Below are positions 33,415 to 48,112 of a stretch of 64,000 nt of DNA, in pieces. The stretch lies in NCBI RefSeq assembly GCF_009914755.1, contig NC_060934.1, one strand, 5' to 3'. Position numbers and translations under genes: made by a program. Each line of letters begins with the position of its first letter. Positions within the stretch are counted from its first letter, which is position 1. Below the pieces are notes generated by a model that was not told where the DNA came from, made no database searches, and saw nothing but the letters and a program-made list of their open reading frames with translations. Source of the stretch: the human T2T-CHM13v2.0 reference genome, Homo sapiens.

Positions 33415-35430
33415 TATATGGTCTCAGGTAGAAATGAATGGCCCATCTGAGGGTTTAGTGGAAGAGAGTTCAATGGTTCAATAAAGAGGCTATTTTGAGA
33501 CAGGTGCTCATAGTTAAGGAGGCCACGGGGGGCAAAGCAGCAGCTCCAGGAGAGCAGCCATGGGAAGCCATTTCCACCCTCAGGCTTGTGATGGCTGACT
33601 TGAGGCCTCAGCTTGACTGCATTTAGGGACATTGCAATAGCTGGTAGAGCATTATTTATTCTCAGCCCTTCAGATGACGCGCAGCCCGTTCCTTTTCTGC
33701 TAAAAAGGGAAACCCAGGTGGTTTTGATTTTTGTTTTAATGCTTGGGTTGCCCCAGGTGTATCTGTGAGAGTGTTTCTCGGAAGAGATTGGCCCGTGAGT
33801 CGGTGAACTGAGTGGAGAAGCTCCACCCTTAGTGCAGGCAGACACCCTTTAATCAGCTGGGGGCCTGGAGAGAACAAAAAGGCAGAGGAAGTGCAAATTC
33901 TTTCGCTCTCTCTTTTGGAGCCAGGATGTTCTCCTGCCCTTGGATGTCAGAAAGCTAGGTTCTCCAGCTTTTGGACTCTGGGATTTGCACCAGAGCCCGC
34001 CCCCGCAACCCCAACCACCCCAGGTTCTTAGGCTTTTGGCCTTGAAATGAGAGTTATGCCATCAGCTTATTTATTTGTAAGGCCTTGGGACTTGAACTGT
34101 GCCACATCATCAGCTTTCCAGATTCTCCAGTTCAGATGACCCTTTGTGGAACTTCTTAGCCTCCATAATCATATGAGCCAATTTTCCTAATAAATCCCTC
34201 TCACATCTCTCTGTCTCTCTCCCTTCCTCCCTCTCCCTGCCCCTCGTGTGTGTGTGTATCACACACACACACACCAGGTATCTAGCAGTGCTTTGCCCAT
34301 GGTAGACAATCAGTATTTGTTTACCTACTATACTAATTTATTAATATCTCACACATACTGCCTCTCCTGTAAAGTCATGCAGAACAAAATGAACTCCATG
34401 TCTCTGCAATTATAAAACCTAAGAATCCTAGAAACTCTCACGTGTAATTTACTTTCTAAACCACTTCTGGTTTTGATGTATGTTTAGAGGTAGAATGGGA
34501 GGGTGGTTAAGGAACTTACGAAGGTGGGGAGTTAATATTGTGGTCTCGAGGAGGAACAGTAGTTGAATCATCCGCTAAAAGTAAGCAGAGTAACTCCATG
34601 TGCTAAGTTAGTGGTTATGACAGTTTACATAACCACTGTACTTCTTTCTGCCATACAGTTGAATATTAGGCTCCTTGGCAGGCAAACCTATTGGGTTATT
34701 TGTTAAAACCTTCCAGTTAATATTTGGAAAATCCTTGATTTTACATAACAGGTGAAGCTCCCAAGAGTGTCTATTGTGATTGTTTTAATCACTTTCAAAT
34801 ACATATTTGTGTTAATCACTTTCAAATACAATGAAGGAATTGAATATTAAAAGAAAAATATTTTTAAAGTGCACTAATTTGAAGGTCTCTTTAAATTAGC
34901 TGCAAGCACTAGAAAAACCTCCAGTCTCAGTAACAAATATCATCCTAGCCCATGTTAATCAAACCTCTATATTTCTGATATTGTGATTACATGTTTCCTA
35001 ACTCTTAGAAGAACTCAATAAGGAATATGCTATCCATTTTCATTGTAGACACAGAGACTATATATATATATAGATAGATGGATAGATAGATAGATAGATA
35101 TCTCCTACCACTTCTGTCTTTCTGGAGAACCATGAGTAAAACAGTCCTGAAGGGGAAGAGGGAGGAAAGTATATTACCAGTGATCTCTGTAGCTGTAGAA
35201 GAAAGCCACCCAATAAAAACTGACCAGACAAGCAGCAGGGGTGGGAATAAATGCTTTGACATGTCCTCCTCCGATCCTATGACCTGTAAGTGCTTCTTAT
35301 TGGCTGAACCCGAAGGGACAACAGGAAAAAGAGGATCAAAGGAACCTGGGAATAGAACCCATAGAGATCAGCCTCCCAGGACACAGTGAGAAAGATAAGC
35401 AGAACCAAAGGAGAAGAACCGACACAGTCA
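33415..35430. mobile_element. LTR16-family LTR split by the MLT2 insertion (33415-33586 and 35144-35430)
   Basis: ...ccaccctcaggc|tcctgaagggg... is continuous across the insertion; attggctgaaccc and tagagatcagcctccc motifs. Confidence 0.7.
33587..35143 (+). mobile_element. MLT2B (MLT2B3-like, ERV-L) LTR interrupted by ~0.8 kb of foreign DNA
   Basis: Starts TGTGATGG; body runs to ctaataaatccctc (about 34200); terminal tctcct..ttctgtct.tctggagaacc.tga.taa.aca at 35101-35143. Confidence 0.85.
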
Positions 35431-35749
35431 AATATCACAAAGCCACCAATCACTAGACATGGAAAAGTACTGATTTAAAAGCAAAACTTATTCATATTGA
35501 ATCCATTTCAACTACTAATTAGGTATGATTAGATAATTTAATTGAACATTATAAATATGTTTCATCAATGAAAATGGATGATAATGCATTCCTCATTGGG
35601 TTCTCCTAAGAGTTGGGAGACTTGTGTGTAACTAAATACACCATGAGAAATATAAAGGTTTGGTTAACATTGACTGTGATGATGCTATTTGTTATTGAGG
35701 CTCTGTAGGCTTTTCCAGTGTGGCAGCTAATTTAAAGAGCCCTTTACGT

Positions 35750-36520
35750 TAGTGAATTCATTAGGTAAACAGTAAAATCCTGAGTGTCTACCATGGGCAA
35801 AGTACTGCCAGGTACCTTGGATGTAACAGTGTTCGCAAGCAACCTGGACTTTACTATCAGAAGTTTATAGTCTAGTAGATTAAATCATACAAATACATCT
35901 TTTAAATTGTGAAACATACCAAGAAAAAAGTCATGTTATGGTTTTTTGGTTTTGGTATATGGAAGCATACCGAAAGGGCTCTAATTGAGATAGGATGATC
36001 AGAAAAGGCCTAAGGAGGGACACTTGAGACCAAGCACTACAGAATGGTGAATATGACAGGCTGGGTTGGGTAGGGAGGGGGCTGGGACTGGGGAGAGGTC
36101 AAAGGAAAAACATCTGTACAAAGGTCCTGAGGTTAGAATGACTGGAATGAGGTCAGTTTTTGTGAGGAACTGAAAGGAGCCCAGCATGAGCACAGCAAAA
36201 GGAGCAAAAGTGTGTGTGTTGGGTGGGAAGGTGGGGTGAGGGGGTAAAGGAAAAGATGAGGTTGGAAGTAGATAAGGATCCTGTCATTCAGTGCTACACG
36301 GTAAGCCATTGATGAGTTAGAAATTTGGTCTAAAGAGAGAAACCAATGAAGCATTTCATATAGGGAAGTAGTAGGGTCTCATTTACGTTTTCAAAGGCTT
36401 ACCCTGGCTTTTTAGTGCAGAACAGGTTGGAAAGGGGCAAAAATAAATGTGGAGACCAATTAGGAAGCTATTTGAATGGACAAGACCAGAGGTGATGGTG
36501 GCTTTGACCAGGTCAGTGGT
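35750..36520 (-). mobile_element. L2 remnant
   Basis: gagtgtctaccatggg.., aaaggtcctgagg, ggagaccaattaggaagctatt, gaggtgatggtggctt. Confidence 0.7.
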
Positions 36521-39157
36521 AATGAGGTTGTCTTACATCTGCATCAGTAGCAAATTTGATGAACCAGATGAAAACCTATTCTCTAAAAAGAAGGTAACAT
36601 AAACTATATTACAGGATTGTTGTAAAGATTGAATAAGATGTGTGCAAACATAGGCCAAAGCCACAGCTATATACTAAGAACTCAAGAAATTTCCTCCCTG
36701 TTTTTGCATATACCAGACTGTTGGTTTCATGAGGATATTTATATTATTCTTGTTTGAATCCACCCAGTCTTCTAGTACCGTGTTTCTTGAATGACTATGT
36801 ATGACATGACTGCAAAATACTAAACCTTTTGGAAACAATGTTCTAAGTCAGGAGAGAAAAAGCCTAGCAAACATGTTTCACTTCTAAATTCTCGATTTGA
36901 ATTTGTTCTGTTTCCTCTTTAGACTTAGATACCATAATTCCAAGGGCTCCTTAGAGGCTGTTTTGTGGAATGCTAAAGGCCATCCAAAATTCAATTTTGT
37001 TGTTGTTGTTGTTGGAATGAAACATCATCCAGCACTTGCAGAATTATCCTTTAAGAACTACAAAGTGCTTTTCAAATGAAGTTACAGCCTGCTGATGAAC
37101 TAGAAGGGGAAATGAAGGAACTGGATGATTTATGTATCTATGTGCAGTAGACAAGTGAATTGGCAAGATGCAAAAGGGTGAAATACCAGTGTCTCCACCC
37201 CATCTTACCATCATTTTGTATTGTAAAATTTAACTTTCTTTTTCTTCAGGATTTCTTGGAATAATGTCAGTAAAAAAAAAAAAAAAATGCAACTGGATCC
37301 CTGGCTTTGCTTCAGTTTCTTCACAAGAATATAAGAAAGCTATGAATCTGGGAATCTAATACCCCATGTGTCCTTTTGAAAGGCATTGTGTATTGCATTG
37401 GGTTTGTTTGTTTTGTTTTGTTTTATATGAGGATGTTGAATCTACTCTGTAAATTACTTCATCAAATTGTGTATTTAAAAGCAATTGATAATTCTAAAAA
37501 AGCATTTTCATAAGCAACACATCTTAATAATTACTAAAGTGTCTGATAAGGAAATAATAAATCCCATGGTAAATCAGACCAATAACAAGTCAGAACAAAA
37601 CTATTTCTAAGAGGGAAATGAAAGAGTTTCTCTGGGTAAAATACAGTGGAATTACTCATTATACTGTGGCATGACACTAAAGACAATATATTAGGTCAAA
37701 TTTTGGATATGATCAGGACTCTTTCTGAAAAAAAATCGTCCATGAAGCACATACATGGTTTAGGTATGAACCCTGAGTAGAACAAATGGAAGATTATATG
37801 CTTTTTTTATGATGCACTGTCTGTAAGCTAAGTGAATAGAAGATGGGTACATAATTCTTCAGCAGTCCTGCTTGCCTGAAGTATTAGTGCACTCTTTAAT
37901 AATAAGTCACTGTAAAAATTATAATGTCCATAGGTCAATTTATTATTGTAAGCACTAAACAAAAGAATGGAGAATAATCTTTGGCTGAGGTTAGGATCAA
38001 AGGCTACACAGAATGTACAAGCTATGATTGCAGGCTTGGTCCATTCCATGACTCTTATTATATCACATAAATCAACCAACCAGTAATGATTTATTTGGTG
38101 TCAGTGTCATGCTTATTCCCATTTTAAGTGCACTGAAGTTGATAGGGAAAAAATAACTAAAAGTAATAGTTCGTTCATGGTATTCATTCACTAAATTTGC
38201 TGAATGTTATGAATGAATAAATGAATGAAAGATTATTTTATTGCCTTTCTGGGAAATTGCTATGCCTTTTCAAAAATCTTTGTTTAGAGTTTCTTCTACC
38301 ACTACCATCCACTACAAACCCTGGATGTTCTAAATCTGCTTTCCTATGTGACTGTACTAACACACTTACTTTTTAAAGAAATCTTTCTACACTTCACATT
38401 TTATCTCAATTAACCATGTACATGTCTGTTTACCAGAAACTATGTCTCATTCATTTTTATATCAGTGCTTATACAATAGTTGGAACATATTAGATATATT
38501 AGATGCTTCATACAATTATTAATTCATCCATAAATTCATATGCTTATGTATTAAATGAAAACCTGTTATAATGAGTCCCTATGCTAGGTGTTGGCAAGGT
38601 ACCTGTCACAGTCTCCAAAACTCTGTAGCTGCTTTAGATTTCTGTTATTAGTGCACTGATCAACATAAGATGCAACTATTCTGTCAAACTATTAAGAAAA
38701 AAAATAAACCAAACATTTATAACTGGTAGTTTTCCGAGGCAGAAATGTGAATCCTGAAGCCAAATGATAAATTTGCTTATTATTTACTTTTTGTAGCATT
38801 ACAATCTTAATTGTTATTCAGATATTCTACTAGGTCTACCTACATGGTTAGCTAGGCAACTAATGATCAAGTGAGCTGTTTTTTTTTTTTTTTTTTTTGG
38901 TTTTATCTTGGAACTTCATGAGGAGGGCCATAATGTTGATTTAAAATCAGTTTTCAATAAGGTGAACCATGGTCAATATAGCATATTGCCTTCTGTACTG
39001 GGAGGCAGTATGCAAAGTGTTAGGAGCATAGACACTGTTATCAGCCTTCCTGGGTTTAACCTTAACAATACCTTGAACATATGTACCTTGAACAAAGTAC
39101 CAAGCCCTATTATGTTTTTTTTTGTTTTTGTTGAACACAGTACCAAGCCTTATTATG

Positions 39158-39476
39158 TTTTTTTGTTTTTGTTTTTGGATGGAGTCTCACTCTGTCCCTC
39201 AGGCTGGAGTGCAGTGGTGTGATCTCAGCAGCTCACTATAGCCTTCCGTCTCCCAGGTTCAAGCGATTCTCCTGCCTCACCTTCCCAAGTACCTGGGACT
39301 ACAGGCATGCAGCACCATGCACTGCTAATTTTTGTACTTTTTTTTTTCTTTTCTTTAGTAGAGATGGGGTTTCACTATGTTGGCCAGGCTGGTTTCGAAC
39401 TCCTGACCTCAAGTGACCCGTCCACCTCGGCCTCCCAAAGTGCTGGGATTACAGGTGTGAACCACTGTGCCCAGCC
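39158..39476 (-). mobile_element. AluSx/Sz-like inserted in a MIR (~39000-39620)
   Basis: gacctcaagtga diagnostic; TSD cct(t/c)attatgttt. Confidence 0.93.
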
Positions 39477-39668
39477 ACCTCATTATGTTTTAACATTCTC
39501 TCACATTAGGTAAAGATATTCATGATGCTTACTTCACAGACTTGTAAAGACAGAATCACACATGCAATGTACCTAGAAAAGTGATCAGTACATAGTACTC
39601 AATACACTTTAGCTATCATTATTAGCCATATATTTTTACATTGATTTTTATAAAGAATATAGATTCTG

Positions 39669-39992
<324 letters not shown>

Positions 39993-40378
39993 CTAGAGTT
40001 TCTCCTGATGAAAGCTAGACAGTTCTGTTTATCAGTCACATGAAGATATTTGTTTAACTAAAATTTTTATTTACGATGTATTTAGATTCACATGAAATTG
40101 GAATAAATCATACAGAGAGATAATCCACATCCCTTACCTATTTCCCCCATCAGTAACATCTTGTAACATCATAGTACAATATCACAACCATGGAGTTGGC
40201 ATTGATAACAGTTATGATGCAGTTCTGTCATGACAAAGATTCCTCATGTTGCCTTTTATAGCCATTCTCACCCACCCCGACTCCATTTCTCTGTTCCTGA
40301 TTCCTGTTACCCACTAATTGTTCCCCTTTTCTATAATTTAACTCCTTCAGCACCATTTGTTTAAAAGGCTGTCCTTTC

Positions 40379-43130
<2,752 letters not shown>

Positions 43131-44366
43131 AAAAGCTGTCCTTTCTTCATTGAAGTGCTTATACAGTTTTGTAAAAATACAATTGTGCATATTTTGGTGG
43201 GTCTATTTTGGGTTCTCTATTCTACGATATTGACCTATGTATTTACCCCTCCTTCTTAACCACACTGACTTAATAACTGTAGCTATATAGTAGGTCTGAA
43301 TACGAGATAGAATTATTTCTCTTACTTCATTCTTCTTTTTCAAGATGCTTTTAGCTATTGTGGGGCCTGTGCCTTTCCATATGAATTTTATGATAAGTTA
43401 CCTATGTCTGCAAGAAAACATACTGATATCTTGATAAGAGTCATAACTATGAATAGTTTGAGAAGAATTGATATCTTACTATGCTGAGTTTTCCTATTCA
43501 CAAACACAATGCATTTCTTTTCTGATTTCTGTCAGCATTTTAAAATTTTCAGCATACAGATCGTATACATGTTTAGTTAGATTTAAATCTAGGTATTTAA
43601 TTTTTTATGTGCTTGTAAATAGTAATGTCTTTTAAATTTCAGTTTCTACATGTTCAATCTTAGTATATAGAAATCCTGTTAGTTTTTTTGTATTGATCTT
43701 GTAAGATCCTGGAACCTCGCTGTACTCATTACTGGAGTATTTTTGTATATCCCTGGGGTTTTTCTATGTAAATAATCATGTCATCTGCAAACAAGAACAG
43801 TTTTATTTTTTTCAAATCTTTATTTCTTTTTCTTGCCTATTGTGTTGCCTAGAATTTTCAGCACTATTTAGAATAATAGTAGTGAGAGTGAATAGGTTTG
43901 CACTGTTCCCCATCTCAAAGGGAAAACATTGTCTTTCAATATTAAGTATCCTATTAGCTTATAGATATCTTGTGGATTTTTAAAAAATCAAGTTTACGAA
44001 GTTCTCTATTTTCAGTGTGCTGAGAGTTTTTATAATAAGTGAGTGTTGGATTTTGCCAAATGCTTTTTTTGGTGTTAACTGACATAACGAGAAGATTTTT
44101 TTGTTGTTGTTTTTCAGCCTATCCATACAATGAATTCCATTGATTGCTTTTTGAATGTGGGACAAGCCTTGCAGACTGTAATAATAAATACATTTAAATT
44201 GTTTCAGAATAAGATGAGGTATTTCTAAATGTCTTTTGTGCAGCCATAAGATGAAGAACCAATGAAATAAATCTCTTTTGGTCATGGTGTATAATCATTT
44301 TTATACATTGCTGAACTTGATTGGCTAATATTTTGTTGGAATTTTGCTTTCTATGTTCATATAAGA

Positions 44367-45950
44367 TTTTTTTTAAATTATACTTTAAGTTCTAGGGTAC
44401 ATGTGCACAATGTGCAGGTTTGTTACATAGGTATACATGTGCCATGTTGATGTGCTGCACCCATTAACTTGTCATTTATATTAGGTATTTCTCCTAATGC
44501 TATCCCTCCCCCTCTCCCCCAACCCCATGACAGGCCCCAGAGTGTGATGTTCCCCGCCTTGTGTCCAAGTGTTCTCATTGTTCAGTTCCCACCTATGAGT
44601 GAGAACATGTGGTGTTTAGTTTTCTGTCCTTGCGATAGTTTGCTAAGAATGATGGTTTTCTGCTTCATCCATGTCCCTTCAAAGGACATGAACTCATCTT
44701 TTTTATGGCTGCATAGTATTCCATGGTATGTATGTGCCACGTTTTCTTAATCCAGTCTATCATTGATGGACATTTGAGTTGGTTTCAAGTCTTTGCTATT
44801 GTGAATAGTGCTGCAATAAACACATGTGTGCATGTATCTTTATAGTAGCATGATTTATAATCCTTTGGATATATACCCAGTAATGGGATGGCTGGGTCAA
44901 ATGGTATTTCTAGTTCTAGATGCTTGAGGAATCGCCACACTGTCCTCCACAATGGTTGAACTAGTTTACACTCCCACCAACAGTGTAAAAATGTTCCTAT
45001 TTCTCCACATCCTCTCCAGCACCTGTTGTTTCCTGACTTTTTAATGATCGCCATTCTAACTGGCATGAGATGGTATCTCTTGTGGTTTTGATTTGCATTT
45101 CTTTGATGACGAGTGATGATGAGCATTTTTTCATGTGTCTGTTGGCTGCATAAATGTCTTCTTTTGAGAAGTGTCTGTTCATATCCTTTGCCCACTTTTG
45201 ATGGGGTTGTTTGATTTTTTTCTTGTAAATTTGTTTAAGTTCTTTGTAGATTCTGGATATTAGCCCTTTGTCAGATGAGTAGATTGCAAAAATTTTCTCC
45301 CATTCTGTAGGTTGCCTGTTCACTCTGATGGTAGTTCCTTTTGCTGGGCAGAAGTTCTTTAGTTTAATTAGATCCCATTTGTCTATTTTGGCTTTTGTTG
45401 CCATTGCTTTTGGTGTTTTGGACATGAAGTCCTTGCCCATGCCTATGTCCTGAATGCTATTGCCTATGTTTTCTTCTAGGGTTTTTATGGTTTTAGATCT
45501 AATATTTAAGTCTTTAATCCATCTTGAATTAATTTTTGTATAAGGTGTAAGGAAGGGATCCAGTTTCAGCTTTCTACATATGGCTAGGCGGTTTTCCCAG
45601 CACCATTTATTAAATAGGGACTCCTTCCCCCATTTCTTTTTTTGGTCAGGTTTGTCAATGATCTGATGGTTGTAGATGTGTGGTGTTATTTCTGAGGGCT
45701 CTGTTCTGTTCCATTGGTCTATATCTCTGTTTTGGTACCAGTACCATGCTGTTTTGGTTACTGTAGCTTTGTAGTATAGTTTGAAGTCAGGTAGCATGAT
45801 GCATCCAGCTTTGTTCTTTTTGCTTAGAGTTGTCTTGGCTATGTGGGCTCTTTTTTGGTTCCATATAAAATTTAAATTAGTTTTTTCTAATTGTGTGAAG
45901 AAAGTCATTGGTAGCTTGATGGGGATAGCATTGAATCTATAAGTTACTTT
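44367..45950 (-). mobile_element. 5'-truncated LINE-1 (about L1PA5-7)
   Basis: Antisense 3' UTR and ORF2 C-terminus (ORFs 44785-45195 and 44997-46049). Confidence 0.95.
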
Positions 45951-46237
45951 TCTTTTTTGTTTTTTTGAGATGGAGTCTTGCTCTGTCACCCAGGCTAGCC
46001 TGCAGTGGTGAGATTTCAGTTCACTGCAACCTCCGCCTCCCAAATTCAAGAGATTCTCCTGCCTCAGCCTCCTGAGTAGCTGGGATTACAGGCATGTACC
46101 ACCACACCCGGCTAATTTTTGTATTTTTAGTAGAGACGGGGTTTTACCATGTTGGTCAGGCTGGTCTTGAACGCCGGACCTCATGATCCTCCTACCTTGG
46201 CCTCCCAAAGTGCTGGGATTACAGGCGTGAGCCACCG
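45948..46237 (-). mobile_element. AluSg-like lacking ~9 nt at the 5' end, fused tail-to-head with the L1
   Basis: Antisense Alu ending gagccaccg. Confidence 0.93.
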
Positions 46238-46255
46238 AAGATTTTGTTTTGTAGC

Positions 46256-46291
<36 letters not shown>

Positions 46292-48112
46292 ACTTTTTCT
46301 AGTTTTGGTGTCAAGGTAACAGGAACTGTTTCTTCCTCCTCTAATTCTAAAAACAACTGATTAAAATTGGTCGTAATTCTTCTTTTAATATTTGGTAAAA
46401 TTTGTGAGTGATTCCATTTGGACCTGGAGATTTTTTTGGGGGGAGCTTTTTAATTACACATTTATTTAGTGGTTATAGTACCATTATAGAACAGGCTATG
46501 TATTTAATCTTGATTGAATTTTGATTATGTTTCATGGAATTGGTCAATTTATTTTGAGTTGCTGAATTTATGAGCATTAATTTGTTCATAGTGGCTGCAG
46601 AATTTGTAGTGTATATCCAGTTTATTCCTGCTATTAGTGATTTGTGTCTTTTGTCTTCTCTGTCTTGCTAGAGGTTTATCAATATCACTGATATTTTTAA
46701 AGATAATTTTTTGGTTTTGTTGTTTTTAAGTTGTATTCCTATTCTCAATTTTATTTTTACTATTTCTTTCTGTTTATGTTGGGTCTACTTTCTTTTCTTT
46801 TTCTATTTTCTTGAAATAATCAGGACAGTCTTGAGAGTTACAAGTGTTTCTGTGAATAAATGCACTGGGAGAGCAGGTGTCCACTGGGATTATCAGGCAA
46901 ATTAGAGAGGGTTGTCACCCTATTGATGACCCTAAGCAGTGGGACTGTAGGAATTAGATCCATGGCCACTTCATGTGTATCACAAGGGTCTTGGATCAGG
47001 ATATCTGGTCAGCACTGGCTCTTTCGCTTCTTGCATGAAGTCCCTCATTACTAATCACAAAGAGCACAAATTGTTATCCTGTGAAGTACCATAGTCCTGA
47101 CACCCTAATATACTCAAGTTTGGTCTGCATTGTTGTTTTGGTACCAGGAGGTATGTGCTAACTCTTATAACAAGGTTTCAAGTGTAGGTGAAAAGTCAGA
47201 AGTGGTAGCTAATATTTGTTGTGCCTCTGTTGTTGAATATGTTTAAATCTATAATTTACTCCTCATAACAATATTATAAGTTTCAAAATCTTCATTTTGT
47301 AAAAAGGAAATTAAATCTTGAAGAGGCTAAATCCTTTGTATAACATATAGCAAATGGTGGAGATAGGACATGAGGTGAGAGATAGATGCCTAACTCCATC
47401 CTACTAAAAAGCTTTCCAGTGCATGCTGTTTGCATCAACACATGCTAGCTGTCATTACATACAGAGGAGGGTGCCCTGATCATGTAATCACAACTGTAGT
47501 TTCTAGAAAGGCCCCAATGTATATTTAATCATGATGAGATATGGTGATGTTGGATTCATATATGTAGTTGTTTTGATGAAGGAAAATAAATTTACATCGT
47601 TTTAGGAAAAAAATAGATTCGTTAAATGTCCTTTGTGCAGCTATAAGAACCAATGAAGTAATATTTAAGCTACATTACCTCAGGAGAAGGTGTTGACCAT
47701 GTCCTGAACAATCCATTTTATAGTTGGGAAATATTACCAGCATGTATGTAGTGTTTAAACTGTAAATTATATACACACAGGGTCATAGGCAATGGACATA
47801 ATCAATGACATATATAGACAAAATTTGGAGATTGAGATCTGACAAAGATAATCAGTAGAGCCCAGTAGAAAATGAAGTGAAGGATTTGTGTATGTAATTA
47901 TATTCAGGGTCTATCAAAATGTATACAGCTTCATTTTGTCTGCTTTAAAAGGAAACAAGTTATACATTTTCCTTTCTTTCATTCATACTAAGATGTAGAT
48001 AAAACACATTTATTTACTTATTTACATTTAAACATTTATTCCACAGCTTTTACTAAGAAGTGCAATCTGTTGATTAATCTGTATTGAGTGCACAGAACTT
48101 ACAATTCAGTCA

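Noticed and set aside
34785-34830. Short direct repeats (19-bp here; also 12059-12087 and 52432-52466)
   Set aside because: Ordinary slippage duplications with no sign of function.
44997-46049. 350-aa Alu-ORF2 fusion protein
   Set aside because: Non-ATG start inside an Alu and no promoter evidence; in-frame joining is expected by chance about one time in three.
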